Positions 50,095 through 62,775 of a stretch of 64,000 nt of DNA are shown here, in pieces. Numbering within the stretch: the first letter of the stretch is position 1; each line of letters starts with the position of its first letter. The position numbers and the translations under genes were made by a program. Below the pieces are notes generated by a model, which was not told the origin of the DNA, did no database searches, and saw nothing but the letters and a program-made list of their open reading frames with translations. This DNA comes from Selaginella moellendorffii (lineage: Eukaryota > Plantae > Lycopodiophyta). The stretch is taken from NCBI RefSeq assembly GCF_000143415.4, contig NW_003314313.1:1019430-1083429 (forward strand), written 5' to 3'.

Positions 50095-52002
50095 TCACTT
50101 CTTATACTCTGGAGGTGGCGGCGCAAAAGGTGGCGGCGATGGATATTGGTAGTAATTATCTGGTGACGATGGTGGTGGTGGTGGAGGCGGCGGAGGTGGC
50201 GGGGAGTGATAAGGCGGGGGTGGAGATGGCGGTGGCGGCGAGAAATAGTAGTGTGGCGATGGAGGAGGCGGTGACTCGTAGTGATACTGTGGCGCCGGCG
50301 GCGGAGGCGACTTCCCAGGAGGCGCCGGCGTTGGCATCCACTCGTTATCGCACGGCGGTGACGGTGGCGGTGGTGAGTGGTAAACAGGCGGCGACGGTGA
50401 TGGTGGTGGTGGGGAGGGATAGACCAGGGGAGGCGATGGCGGCGGTGGTGAGGGGTAAATGTGGGCCACTGGTGGTGGTGGTGAGGGTGATGGCGGAGGA
50501 GGCGAGGGGTAAATCTGTGGCGGCGGTGGCGATGGTGAAGGCGGAGGTGGTGGTGGGGAGGAGTAAATGTGTGGCGGCGGAGGAGAGTAGAAATGGGGCG
50601 GTGGCGGTGGTGGTGAGTGGACAGGAGGCGGAGGCGGTGGTGGAGGCGGCGGTGAATAGACTGGAGGTGGCGGCGGTGGGGGAGGTGGTGGCGGAGGTGG
50701 GGAGTAAACTGGCGGCGGGGGTGGCGGTGGTGGCGGTGGTGGGGAGTAAACTGGTGGAGGAGGAGGCGGCGATTGGACCGGAGGTGGCGATGGTGGATGG
50801 ACTGGAACCGGAGGGGGTGATTGGACTGGTGGCGGCGATGGAGGAACAATCACTGGCGGCGGTGATGCCCGTGGCGGCGATGGAGGCGGCGACTTGGGGA
50901 TTGGGATTGGAACAGGGGATGGGATGAATGGCGTGGGATAGCACGAGAGTGGCTCCTCCTTGTAGAACCTACATTCGTCGGCGGGCCTCTGCGCTGGCTG
51001 GCCCGCGATGCAATTGCCCGAATCATCAAACACGATACCTCTTCTCGATCGCAAGCAGTGGCTGCTGACGCTGGTGAAGAAATTGTCCGCGATGGAGAGG
51101 TTCCTCAAGCTGGGGAGGTCGCAAATCGCCGCCGGGACGGGGCCAGTGAAGAGATTGTGCGCGAGGATGAGCTCCTCGACGCGACCCATCCTGGAGATGG
51201 ATGTGGGCAGCTCGCCCCCGAGGAGATTGAAGCTCACATCGAAGACGGTGGCCGAGGAGAGGAGCCCAGTGCCAAATGGGAGGCAGCCAGAGAACTCGTT
51301 GTTGAGGATGATGAGCTCTTCCAGCGTTCTCGACATGTTGCCGATGCTGGCCGGGATCTTGCCCTGGAGGTTGTTGTTGGCGAGCACGATCACGCTGGCG
51401 GGCGAGGATCCAAAGCTCTCCGGGATCTCGCACTGGAAGCGGTTGTTATTGATGAAGATCGCGTCCAGAGGGCGCTGGAAGAGCTCCTGTGGAACAGAGC
51501 CCATGAAGAGATTGTAGCGGAGATCCAAGTAGGCTAGGCTGGGGATCTCGAGAACCACCGATGGGAACACCCCGGAGAAGAGATTGTTGCTAAGATCGAG
51601 CTCGAAGAGGAAGGCGAGGCGGCGGAACGAGGATGGGACGGTGCCGCGGAAGAAATTTGTGTTGATGTGGAAGAGCGCGAGGTACTTGAGATTGGCGAGC
51701 TCGGGGACCAATCGACCCGAGAGGCGCGCGTGGTTGAGATCGATGCCAGTGACCGCTCGCTCGTAGGCATTGTCTGGCGATGGCGAGCAAAAGATCCCCT
51801 TGTAGCTACACACATCCGGCCCGATCCACGAGCCGGTTACGTTGCCAGGGTCGGATGTGATTGCCCTCTTCCACGCTTGAATCGCCGCAAACTCATCGCC
51901 CACCAGCGACCCTCGCTGCGCTGACCCAAATCGCGAGAAAGCTCCTAGCACGAGAAGAAGTAGAAGAGGGAGGAGAAGCCTTTGATGTTCTTGCCGCTCC
52001 AT
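50095..52002 (-). CDS. Leucine-rich repeat extensin (LRX/PEX)
   Basis: Signal peptide, WIGPDVCSYKGIFC N-cap, GIDLNHA..LFHINTNFF LRRs, Cys-rich linker NCIAGQPAQRPADEC and a Ser-Pro4 extensin tail with Tyr motifs. Confidence 0.95.
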   Translation of the reverse strand: MERQEHQRLLLPLLLLLVLGAFSRFGSAQRGSLVGDEFAAIQAWKRAITSDPGNVTGSWIGPDVCSYKGIFCSPSPDNAYERAVTGIDLNHARLSGRLVPELANLKYLALFHINTNFFRGTVPSSFRRLAFLFELDLSNNLFSGVFPSVVLEIPSLAYLDLRYNLFMGSVPQELFQRPLDAIFINNNRFQCEIPESFGSSPASVIVLANNNLQGKIPASIGNMSRTLEELIILNNEFSGCLPFGTGLLSSATVFDVSFNLLGGELPTSISRMGRVEELILAHNLFTGPVPAAICDLPSLRNLSIADNFFTSVSSHCLRSRRGIVFDDSGNCIAGQPAQRPADECRFYKEEPLSCYPTPFIPSPVPIPIPKSPPPSPPRASPPPVIVPPSPPPVQSPPPVPVHPPSPPPVQSPPPPPPVYSPPPPPPPPPPPVYSPPPPPPPPPPPPPVYSPPPPPPPPPPVHSPPPPPPHFYSPPPPHIYSSPPPPPPSPSPPPPQIYPSPPPPSPSPPPPVAHIYPSPPPPSPPLVYPSPPPPSPSPPVYHSPPPPSPPCDNEWMPTPAPPGKSPPPPAPQYHYESPPPPSPHYYFSPPPPSPPPPYHSPPPPPPPPPPPSSPDNYYQYPSPPPFAPPPPEYKK

Positions 52003-53211
52003 TGCATATCCTTTCGCGAGAGAGCTCTTCTCCTCTGTTCGTTCTTACAGTCTATAGCACTCGATCGATCGATCTATCTATCTCTGTCGATCTAGCTTTC
52101 TAAAGTTCTAGAAGAGAGGAAGATCTAAGAGAGAACACCTCCTTTCTCTTTCTCTTCTTCTCTCGCTGGTGTTGTCGATGGATCAATGGATCAGAGCTCT
52201 GCGACCACTGTTTCCAGTGTGCCTGGAAACTGGAACCACGCAAACCGTGAATGAAAACTTTAGCGCGGCCAGGCCGGGCAGGCAGCTGGACTGACTCGCG
52301 AGCGTATTAATTTATGTAAAACCACGCTCTCTCTTCTTCACTCCCCTCGCTTGATCTTTTTTGAGTGTTCTTTAACGCGTTCTTCTTTGGAATGCCAACT
52401 TTTTATTTGGAATTTTTTTTGTTTTTTTTTTTTTGCTCTGGCATGGGATAGGATTCTTCCCCGCGGTGGCAGCAACACACACATACACTCGATCGTTAGC
52501 GACTTTCGCAATCATGCAGCAAATCAACGATGGGGATGATGGTTTTCACGCAATTTCTAAGGATTCTCGTTTGAAAAGAGGGGTGTGTCCTGTTTTCTAG
52601 TCCAAGTTTTGGATCTTCTTCGTCCTGGCAAACCCCAACTTTTTCTAAAGACGCGTCGCACGTCGGGTTAGCTAGGTAGGAGCGTGTCTCTTTTTTTTTT
52701 TTTTCGCGAGGTCGCAACTTCGCGCACATCTCCAAGCTGTCATCCACTGGATTCTTTTCAAAGAATCAATCCCGGGAAAATCTCCAAATCTTAGGGTTAT
52801 GGGGAGGGAATATGGAATCTAGGTTACAGTTATTCCACTGTTAAAAAAGGACCTGCCTTTTTTTTAAATGCCCTGGCCTGTGTGGCATTTTGTTGCACCC
52901 ACAAGACTTTAAATGAGAGAATTGAATGCAGCTACAACATCAGACTGTCTGCAGTAATAGCCAGCAAAGGACCAACCAAGACAAGTTTTCTGGTAGAAGA
53001 GAGAGAACTCACAAGCCCTAAACCTAAAATCAATCTCTAGAGATAGAGCTTGGGGTGTTCTGATCTTGTTCTTGTTGTCCATCCCCCCCTTTGAATTGGG
53101 AGGATATTTTTTGTGACTCTTTTTGGGTCTAAAGAATGCCTGAAATTTATTGGCATTTACTCCCCAGCAGTGGATCTTTTGCCACCAAACAAAAGGTACT
53201 GAAACTTCCAC

Positions 53212-53283
53212 AGGTCCTGCCGAGATTTGAACTCGGGCTACTGGATTCAGAGTCCAGTGTCCTGACCACTAGACCACAGGACC
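53212..53283 (-). tRNA. tRNA-Gln(CTG)
   Basis: GGTCCTGTGGTCTAGTGGTCAGGACACTGGACTCTGAATCCAGTAGCCCGAGTTCAAATCTCGGCAGGACCT; anticodon CTG. Confidence 0.95.
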
Positions 53284-53404
53284 ATGGGTTAGTCTAATCA
53301 TGATTAGATTAGTTTAATTGGAAGAATATGCTCCGACCGTTAAGTTGATCACAGCCGTTGGCTAAAACCTCTTCCGAGGGTTAGGGCTCGTGGTCGCGAG
53401 TAGC

Positions 53405-56400
53405 ATGGGGAGTAGCGAGGCGGACGCGTCTTGGCGCGGCTACGTGATCCGGATTGGCGATCGCTGCCCCGAGTATGGGCAGGCGGAAGCTGACGAGCAC
53501 ATTGTAAGTTTCTTCCATCGCTAGGCATTCGTTCATCCGGGGTCGCAGGAGACGTGCTCCATGGTCATCGCGAGGGATTTGAGGCAGTACGAGGACGAGA
53601 TTCTCGATGTAAGTCTGCGGAGAGTGATGCGCCTGGACATTTTGGCCTGAGCCTTGTGTTGCAGGTTTTGATCCAGTGTGCCGAGGAGCTTCCACACAAG
53701 CTGCCCTTTTATGGCGCTGTGGTAAGCTTAAAACCGAGAATCTAGTGGAGAGCTCATCTGTTTTCTTTCGTGAAGGTTGGTCTCACGAACATAGAGGAGG
53801 CAAATTTTGTTTCTCGAATCGTTGAGAGAGTTCACAGTCGGCTCCAGGTAAATTCTTGCTTCTTCATTTTCTTGAGGAATTCTCAGCTCGTTCCTGTCAG
53901 GATGCACTCAATACCGAGGATTGTAACAGATTGAGAATACTTTTACGGTTCCTGGCGGTGTTGGTAAGGTCGATATATGTTTTTCTTCGCTAGTTTCTCA
54001 GACGTTATGGTTTTTTTTTTCTCTTTTAGATGTGCAATAACGTCATCTCGTCCACCTCCCTCGTTGAAGTGTTTGAAACGCTCCTGTCTTCAGCCGCAAC
54101 TACTGTTGATGAAGAAGTTGGAAACCCGGCCTGGCAGCCGCGAGCTGACTTCTACGTTTCGTGTATCCTGTCATCGCTTCCTTGGTGTGGATTCGAGCTG
54201 CAAGAGGTAATGTTGTGTCCTCATACCGGCATCATGGTTAAGAAGATGGTTTTTCTCTGTTGTAGCGAGCTCCGGAGGAGCTTGAGCGGGTTATGGCTGC
54301 TGTAGAGGCATATTTTAGCCTTAGAATGCAGAGACCGGATTCCTTACTCACTCCTTTCTACGTGGATTCTAGTGGAACTTCTCCAATCACGGGTCAAGTA
54401 CTGTTCGAAAAGTCTTTCGTCTGCGCGCACTAAAGCTGTTTTCATACAGGACTACGTACAGGAGTTTTGGTCCAGGACACAACAATTGCAACAAGCTGGA
54501 TGGAAAGCTGACAGTGGTCTGTTCCTTAAAAAATAATTGGACCTTCTTAATCGTTTATGCTTTTGCCAGTTCCGAGGCCATATGCTTCTTTCGAATCTCG
54601 ACTAGTGACGTCTCAGACCCTTCACCAGCTGAAGGCTCTAGCTTGCCCAGCTATACCAAAACCACATACTGGTCCAAAGGATTTGGCTTTTGGGAGGCAA
54701 ACTCATGAAGCGGAAACCAAATACCCTCAAAGAACCGGTCGTTTGCGGGTTTTTCCTCCAGAAAATTCAGAGAAGGTACTTGAAATAACTCTTCTCTTTC
54801 CTCGTACTAATTGTTGTTTTTCTAGGATATGGCCCCTATCGATTGCTTCATTGTGGAAGAGTATTTGCTGGATATAATGTTGTACTTGAATGGGAGGTAC
54901 GTGGAAGCTACCATTCGAATCTCTGTAATTACCGGATCGTCTTGTTTAGTCGCAAAGAATGCGCAGCTTTCATGGTAGGGCTGCCTGTGCCATTTCGTTA
55001 CGACTACCTTATGGCTGAAGTTGTTTTCGGACAGGTAAGAAGTTTATTCGCGTCTACAAACCTGATATTTGTTTCTCCGCCAGATGCTTTTACTTCCCAA
55101 GCCTCCTTTTAAGCTGATTTATTACACTATAGTTATTATTGATCTCTGCAAGGTTAGCTTTGTTCCAATCCCCCCCTGTTATCAAGCTTTCTTTTCTTAC
55201 TTTTTTTTTTCTATCTTGCAGGCTTTACCTGGTTCTTTTCCGGGCTTGCTTGCTGCGGTCGTACGAAATCTGTTCAGCAGAATTAGTGAGCTAGATGTTG
55301 AATGCAGATCTCGTCTCAGCACATGGCTTTCTCATCACATGTACAGTCCTATATTTTGATTTTGCTTCCATGGTTTTAACAGGCTGCTCGCAGGTCTAAT
55401 TTTCAATTTATCTGGCCATGGAGCGATTTTGCTCACGTTGCTGAGCAACCGGCATGGTCACCTCAACGAGTCTTTGTTCAGGAGACGTTGGAGAAGGAAG
55501 TTCGCTTGTCATATTGGGAAAGAGTGAAACAGGCAAGGAATTTGACAATGCTTTGGAGCTTTTCTCACCTGTGAAATCTGAATGGCAGAGTTTGGACGAT
55601 TCTCCAAAGCTCTGTGACTTGCTTCCTCCAAAAAACACTCCAGAGTTCAGATTTAGTCGGGACAACCAAGTAGAAGGTTTGGAGACAGAGACGGGGTTTG
55701 CTTCTGAGTTACTGGCACAGATCAAAACAAAGAAGGGAATGAAAGACATAGAGTCGTGGTTTGAAAGCAAGATTGTTCCTGCTGCTGGTCAAAAAGTTGC
55801 AATCGAGATCCTTCTTCAAACACTTCTCAACTTGGGGTCAAAAAGTTTCACACACATGGTCACTGTGCTCGAGAGATATGGTCAACTCATTGCTACGCTT
55901 GCACCAGATGAGACGTTACAAGTACATGTGATCGACGAGGTTGCCAGGTTCTGGCAGAATTCATCTCAAATGATCGCGATTGTGGTGGACCGCATGATGG
56001 GCTACAGGTTGGTATCCAATCTGGCAGTTATCAGGTGGTCCTTTAAGGACGAAAACGTTCAAACTTTTCACACTTCTGGCCGGGTCTGGGAGGTAGGCGT
56101 TTTTTGACGAAGGATATTGGACTATGATTAACAGTTTTTCCTGTGTTTCAGCTTCTGGGAAATGCAATCAATAAGGCAGGCAATCGCACCGCAGACCTTC
56201 AAAGGGATGTGGTAAACGCTAAAAGAGCACTAGACGAAGCTGATGGAGCAGTTAGCAAAGCCGAAAGAAACCGATCGAACGTTCAAGAGCTCATTGATTC
56301 GGCCGAGACTGACGATGCACGGAAACAAGCTACGTCTAAGATGGAGTGGGTCAAAACGACGGTTGTAAAAGCAAGAGGTCGACAAACTGCTGCTCAGGAT

Positions 56401-57001
56401 CTACTTGAAACGAAGGAGGCTTTACTCTCGGGAGCTCTCAGGGAGCAAGACGTATGACCTTTAGTTTTCCTTTTTAAAACGTTCGCTAACATACCGAGTT
56501 TAAATGCAGACGCTTGTGTGTTTGGTGTTCCAGAACCTTGTGTCAACTATATCTTCCAAGCTTTCAAAAAGTGACGCTGATGGTGCTGATACTGCGGAGC
56601 CGGAACCTATGGATGTCGACGCTGATCCTTCTGCAGCTGCAACAGAAGGCAATAACAACGAGAACAACGAAAACCAGAATGAAAGGTACAAAAAATCGGT
56701 TTGAATTCTTCCCTAACGCTGGAATCACTACCAGTGTGGCAAGCAAGGGGGAAGATCATCCGAACGAGGAGCTCAAGCACTGGCAAAGATGCACGATGGG
56801 ACACCTTGAGGCATTTTGTCGCCAGTACGCCGCAGAGGTAGGCTACTAGAACTTGGTCTCTGCCTTTCTAAACGGTTCACTCGACAGGTCTGGCAGATGA
56901 TCGAGAAACTCGATCAAGAAGTGTTCACGGAAAATGCAAACCAGGAAGTCATCAAAGTTGTCTACTCTGCCATTAAGCGCCCAATCTTGGACAAGAACTA
57001 A
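53405..57001 (+). CDS. CBP80: Nuclear cap-binding protein subunit 1 (CBP80/ABH1), multi-exon
   Basis: SWRGYVIRIGDRCPEYG, CAEELPHKLPFYG, NPAWQPRADFYV, RPYASFESRL, IDCFIVEEYLLD, LPVPFRYDYLMAE, GSKSFTHMVTVLERYG and VDRMMGYRLVSN match ABH1. Confidence 0.93.
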
Positions 57002-57140
57002 GAGGAAAGTATTTCAAACTCACACTTACGTAAGAGCTATAGACCGCGGCAGCCAAGGATCACGTTGATCCTGTATTTTCCCTCTAAAAAATGGTAAAAC
57101 CCGGTTAAAGGTTAAATTTTGCTTACTACATAAGCGAGCT

Positions 57141-57872
57141 ATGGCGATGACAGCGTGTTCTTCGGATCCCCAAGGTATGTGTTTGTTCCTATCGCTCGCG
57201 CTATCTCACAGTTTTACTGCAGTGGCGCTGGATTTCGCGAGGGTGGCTGTGAAGAATATCGTTGCCGGAGGAGGAGGGGAGAATTTGGCTCCGAGCTCCA
57301 AAGGGTTTGCCGCGGCTGCCAGACGCCTCAACACCAACGAGGAAGACGTCCGCCACACTGTCTCGCTATTGTCTCGAGCTCTTGCCCGTGCTGCCAAGCT
57401 CAACGTTCCCGGGGATCGCATGGTGGATTTCCTCGCTAGATTGGGTTACCAGGATCAAGTAAGCGAGACAATAGCCAGCTTCTACAGCGAGCAGCTCCCA
57501 TCGATTCGATCGGTGGTTTCTTTCCCGCTCGTCACAGCTCCGATATACAAGTCTCTCGAGTGGAGGCTCGATGTGGAGGTACGATTATTTGTTTTCTGTC
57601 TGTCTTGGAAGAAGAAGCTGAAGAACAAAGTTTTTCAGGTTGCGAACCGGAGATCACACAGCCCATCCCGACCATCGTTCCTGCTCAAGCTTACAACCTC
57701 TAGTCCCAGCTTTTTGCGAGGAGTGGATCATCCATCACCGCCCGCGAGAAAAGTTCACTACTTGCAGGCCGACTACAAGACGCTGCGAGAGATTTGTGCG
57801 CAGCTCGAGCAAGCACTGAGCGAGAGCAAGTCGTCGCAAACCCGGCGGATTCTCAGCCAAATCAAAGAGTAG
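57141..57872 (+). CDS. COMMD2: COMM domain-containing protein 2 orthologue (3 exons)
   Basis: VALDFARVAV...FAAAARRLN...LGY...PIYKSLEWRLDVE-VANR...LKL...LQADYKTLREICAQLEQALSESKSSQTRRI. This parallels human COMMD2 (EFGRIAV, GAARKLN, YHNLEWRLDVQLASR, LQTDPATL..QLEQALEEMK..CRRV). Confidence 0.85.
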   Translation: MAMTACSSDPQGMCLFLSLALSHSFTAVALDFARVAVKNIVAGGGGENLAPSSKGFAAAARRLNTNEEDVRHTVSLLSRALARAAKLNVPGDRMVDFLARLGYQDQVSETIASFYSEQLPSIRSVVSFPLVTAPIYKSLEWRLDVEVRLFVFCLSWKKKLKNKVFQVANRRSHSPSRPSFLLKLTTSSPSFLRGVDHPSPPARKVHYLQADYKTLREICAQLEQALSESKSSQTRRILSQIKE

Positions 57873-58058
57873 TCTAGTTTCAAAGCCCTTCCCCAGCTTC
57901 CAATCAAAGTTTGCTTGTTTAGTGATGGATTCACTTAGAAAAACGAAAGCGTTGACTCCATTGACTCTCATTGACTGTCAAAGTTATCTAAGCCATTAGA
58001 TCATAAAGGTTGAAAGTGTTTTTTTATTGCATTTAGGGTTTGTAAGTATAGGTCGGGT

Positions 58059-60312
58059 ATGGCGCGGGAGAAGAAGAAGCGGAGGAAGCTGCGGCATTCG
58101 GACGATGAGGAGGCGCGGCGTCACAAATCCAAACACCGGAAACGAGGTAGACATTGCGATCCATCCAGCAACGAGGAAGCCAGCAGCAGTGGCTATAGCA
58201 GCAGCAGTGAGGACGAGAGAAGGAGAAGGAAGCGCAAGGAGAGGAAGAAGGAGAAGAAGAGGAAGGAGAGGAAGAGGAAGGATGATTTAGAGAGCAAGAG
58301 CAGGAGTCTGGAAGTAAATGGCGGTGATGAAGAACTGGTGGCGCCTGAGATTGTGGCAAACGAAATTCTCCTCGAGTTTCCAGCACTCTCCGGCGAGCTC
58401 AAGCAGGTACAGCATTCTTCTCCTATCTAGCAAAGCTTCGATCAATCCTAATTTCGCCTCTTCTTTCTTTTGGCTCAGCTTCTCCATATGGTTGATAGTG
58501 GCCAAGGAGTCGATGTTAGTGGCATCCCGGACGAGAAACTTAGAGAGCTTCTTTTCAAGCTGTTCAAAGCGCTGAAACTTTCGAAGGTAGATCGAGTTTA
58601 CTTACTGCCTGAAGGGTCGAATCCCACGCTCTCGACGTTGGCAGAAGTTTTGAAAGGCGTGCCTGATGCTGCTCCAAAAGAAGAAGAGGAAGCGATCGAA
58701 AGAAAAGAGTCTCATGGGATTGGACCCGCAGAACGTCCTCCGGCTCCCAGGTAGTCGTGTTTAGTTTGCAAAACGCTCGTTTTTTATCTTTCTATCTCTT
58801 GCAGGGTGATAGGTCCGACTATGCCGACTCCAGATATGTTGGCGGCAGCAGCAAGAGTAACAGAGGCCGAGGATGCTTTGAGGTGACTTTCTGAAAAGCT
58901 ATTTCGATATAGTATAAGTTTGTATTTCAGAAAAGCGGAAGAAGAACTGGACCAAGATCCTTTTGTTGGTCCTCCTCCGCCCGCAATTGTTGCCGAGGCA
59001 GAATCTGTAAATGAAGCTGAGCGATTTGAAGAGGTATGTTTCTTCTCCATGTTGGTTATATCTTGAGGAACCTTTTATTCAGGTCACTAGAATACTGGAT
59101 CCGGATATGAGAGATGCGTATCACATCTTGAGCGTCAAGCCAGATGCAACTGCAGAAGTGATCAAGAAAAGGTTCGCTTTTCTTTTTTCTTCCTTCACTC
59201 AAGTCGTGATTTGTGTATCTTTTCTCAGGTACTGGAAGTTGTCGCTCCTCGTTCACCCGGATAAATGCGCTCATCCTCACGCACAAGATGCATTTACAAC
59301 CATAAATAAAGCATTCCAAGAGCTTCAAGATCCTGTAAAGGTATGAAAAACATTCGAAAGCCTCCTGTCGTGACTAAAATGCTTAATACCATTCCACAGA
59401 GAGCGGCAATTGACCACACTATATCCGAAAGGAAAAGAAAGGAGGAAGAGGAGGTACTATGGCATTTTGAGGCTATGTGACATGCACCGACGGTCTTGAT
59501 TTTGCAGGTTGAGTTGCGGTCCCTTCGGGAGGCTGCTCAGTGGAGGCGCATGCGAGGTACTATTCCACTTTTGTTTTCTCTTTGTGAGCTTAGAACTTCG
59601 AGTCCATTACAGGCGAAATAGCGTTGGCTGGAGATGATGAGCTTCTTGGAACAGCGCCAAAAGCTCCAAGTCGGGACGAATGGATGACTGTTCTTCCACC
59701 AGAAAGACAGGTAACTTCATTCAATGGACTGCGGTGCGTCCAGTAGCACATAAAATATGATGTCTATGTCTACAGGCTGGACCTCCGAGCATGCATTCAA
59801 CATTCTTTAGCAAGACTGAGAAGACTGGGCGAGGAGATACGAGCGTATGGACAGACACTCCTCTTGAGAAGGCACAGAAAGCAAAGATGCAGTGAGTGGA
59901 CGCTGTTTAACCCGCATGACTTACATCTAATGATCTTATCTTTTTTCTAAACAGGTACCTGGAAGCTTACAATCAGGCTGCNNNNNNNNNNNNNNNNNNN
60001 NNNNNNNNNNNNNNNNNNNNNNNNNNNNNNNNNNNNNNNNNNNNNNNNNNNNNNNNNNNNNNNNNNNNNNNNNNNNNNNNNNNNNNNNNAGTCGAGAAGC
60101 ATAAACGAGAAGCGTCCGAGAAGAAAAACGCCGGGAACAAGAAGAGCCAACCGGTTGAAGATTGGGTTGGAAAGCATCCGTGGAAGCCATGGGACCGAGA
60201 GAACGATCTGGCAGCAGGGAGGAAGTCCGTGAAACTCGATGCCAAGTCGATGGCACAGGGACTAAGCTCAAGGTTTGGTTCGTCCGGTGCTGGCGAACGG
60301 AAGTTCCTCTAG
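58059..60312 (+). CDS. DnaJ-domain protein with DUF3752 (At1g65280-like), spans an assembly gap
   Basis: Basic N-terminus, IGPTMP and FVGPPPPA motifs, J domain YWKLSLLVHPDKC, RDEWMTVLPPER, GRGDTSVWTDTP and C-terminus KHPWKPWDRENDLAAGRK...KFL*. Confidence 0.88.
59982..60089. other. Assembly gap (108 N)
   Basis: Run of N inside the last exon of the DnaJ gene. Confidence 0.99.
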
Positions 60313-60531
60313 ACTATATATCCATGGTTTGTTTCATAAAGATGAATCAAAAGAGACTAAGGTTCTCAAAGCTCGTTCAAAGCCTCGTTCGCCAAAAGAT
60401 CTATATTGATTCTCTTGATATAATAAATATGTTAAGTTATTAGACAAATTATTGATTAAATTCTTAGAATTTTAGAAGAACAAGAAAAAGAAAAAGAGGA
60501 AATTTAATTAATTGTTAAAAGATTGTAAATT

Positions 60532-61853
60532 TCAAGGCCTTGGGGGTGGGTTTGGAACATTAAATCCAGCGAAAAAAAAGTTGAGGCTACTGGGCCTTGC
60601 AATGTTGTATGACCCATACCAGAAATTCTTCATGACAAACCAATAACCAGCCTCAGTAAAATGATTGCTGTCGAAATATAAATAGTCCTTGGGATTGTCA
60701 CACACAAATTTGGCATATTTATTTTTGTGGTCTGGCTTCCAATCATGCTTGTCAGCATCCCCACAAAACTCTGCTGCATTAAACGGTCCACCACCACAGC
60801 ATGCCTTCTCTGCCTCTTTGAAACCTAGATTGATATAGACAAATTAGTACAAATGGAAATTTAGTTGTTGTACTCACCATATTTTTGAGGATTCCTCAAC
60901 ACGTTCATGATAACTGGAGATGGATTCAGTGTTGCAATGTTCAACTCACGAAAGTCATGGTGAAGTTTTATAGCGAGATTCTGGAGTTGTGTGTTGTATG
61001 CATCCACAAGAATGTTAATGATTCCTGTGCAACCCTCTGGAGTTAAATTGGTGTTCCTGCTTTGTGCTGATAGTGCCCTCAAGTTGGGAGTACATCCAAT
61101 TGGTGGTACTAGGAGAATTATGATATGTTTAATACCATAACTGTAAATTTCCTGTTAATCAAAATAAATATTTGAAGTTAGAGAAACACTTCAAGACTTT
61201 TGTACCTGGATAGCACTCGAGTATGCCTGGATCATCTGCTGGAAGAGGTATGGGCTTGGAAGAGCATTAGCAATATCATTAGCTCCCATGCTAAACAAAG
61301 CGACAGAATTCTTCAAGAGATGGTTTGTAAACTCCACACCCTTCTCCTTTCTATACTCATTTGTGACGTTGCGAAACTGGCGTAGCTGCTGGTTCATTGA
61401 AATAACTCCCTGATATAACCAGAAAAAATAAAACCCAAAATCCAAATCAGCCATAGAAGAGGAAAATTATGAGATTATACGTACGTGATGCGCATTCGTC
61501 TCATCTAACAATCCTGCACCGGCAGATGCGAAGTTCACCCCACTGAGAAAGTTGGCGCCGGGCTCGAGGAAAGGTGGCAACAACGGAAGCCCCAATGCTT
61601 GAGCCAGGAAATCTGCAATCGTTCTACCATCTGTCCAACGCCCTGTTGGCTTGCTGAAGTACGTCTTTCCATACGGCGGAACTGCACTGACAATCTTGGA
61701 GCCTGGGATGTACGTGTTCTCTCCTCCGTCTAATGCTGAGTCCCCGAAAACAAACAGGCCTTGTACTTGCGGATTCGTGCTAGGAGGAGTCACAGCTTGA
61801 GATATCGAGATGCATGCAAGGAAAACAATGGTAAGAACCCTAAGCGCTTCCAT
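60532..61853 (-). CDS. GDSL esterase/lipase, 4 exons
   Basis: Signal peptide, LFVFGDSALDGG, PTGRWTDGRTIADF, GVNFASAGAG, MGANDI, PPIGCTP, ACCGGG and YFDSNHFTE (DxxH). Confidence 0.93.
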
Positions 61854-62775
61854 CTCTCAACTTCTATGTTACTTCTATGGTTTGGTTTGTATTTCTCACG
61901 TTTATATAGTATGGAATAGCCAGGTATGGAATGGCCATGTAAGGTCAAATTGGTTTGTTTGGAATAATTACCAGTTAAATGTCTTCTTACGTTCTTAGCG
62001 CGATTAGAACGGTCATGCATGGAGAACACTAAAGCATGGCGAATTATCCATTCGGAATAGTTTCGAGGCACCATATGGAGTCAATGGAGTTCTTCTAGAT
62101 CGATCAAGACCAAGAGAATTTCTGTTTCTCGAGTGAGATCGGTCGGTTTTGTCACGAAAATTTTGCTCGCGATCCCTCACAAGTATTTTGCGCGGGAGTT
62201 TGTTCCAACCAAAGCCACGCATTCTCTTTCTGTGTGGAAGGCCGTCACATTCGTTTCGTAAGGCTTTGGTTGGACGGTCGCGATCTATTGCCCCTACCGT
62301 GGCAGGATCCCTGCCGGACGTTACAGATCAATGTCCATCGCTGGCAAAAGTAACATCATGCAAGGGGGGCCAGGTAAAGTAAAAGTAAACTTAGTACACT
62401 CGCATCATTCATTTCTCCCGCCGTTCAAAGTAACGGGTGAATGAGAAATTACTAGATTTAGAAAAAGGGGCCGTGGTACTGTATGGGCATTCCACCGCGC
62501 GGTGGTATATTTACGAAGCATATGCCTCGCATCGCATGGTCACACAAAGAGAGCTTTATGGAGGGGAATGCGCAGCGATGGCGATGGCGCCACCGGAAGC
62601 ACGATCTTCTCGGCGGATTCCAGCTTTAAATCCGGCATTCAATCGGTTCGTGGTTGGAGCTTTCTTGTTCTTGCAGCTGTCGCCACGGTGGGCGGAAATC
62701 CCTGGCTGCATTGCCGCAGATGCCTAGGATAGCTCGTAATCTCGGCCGGCGGAGCTAAGATTTCGCCAGATTTGG

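Noticed and set aside
49974-50927. 317-aa Ala/Val-rich plus-strand ORF and His/Arg-rich alternative frames
   Set aside because: Antisense and off-frame shadows of the LRX Ser-Pro repeat.
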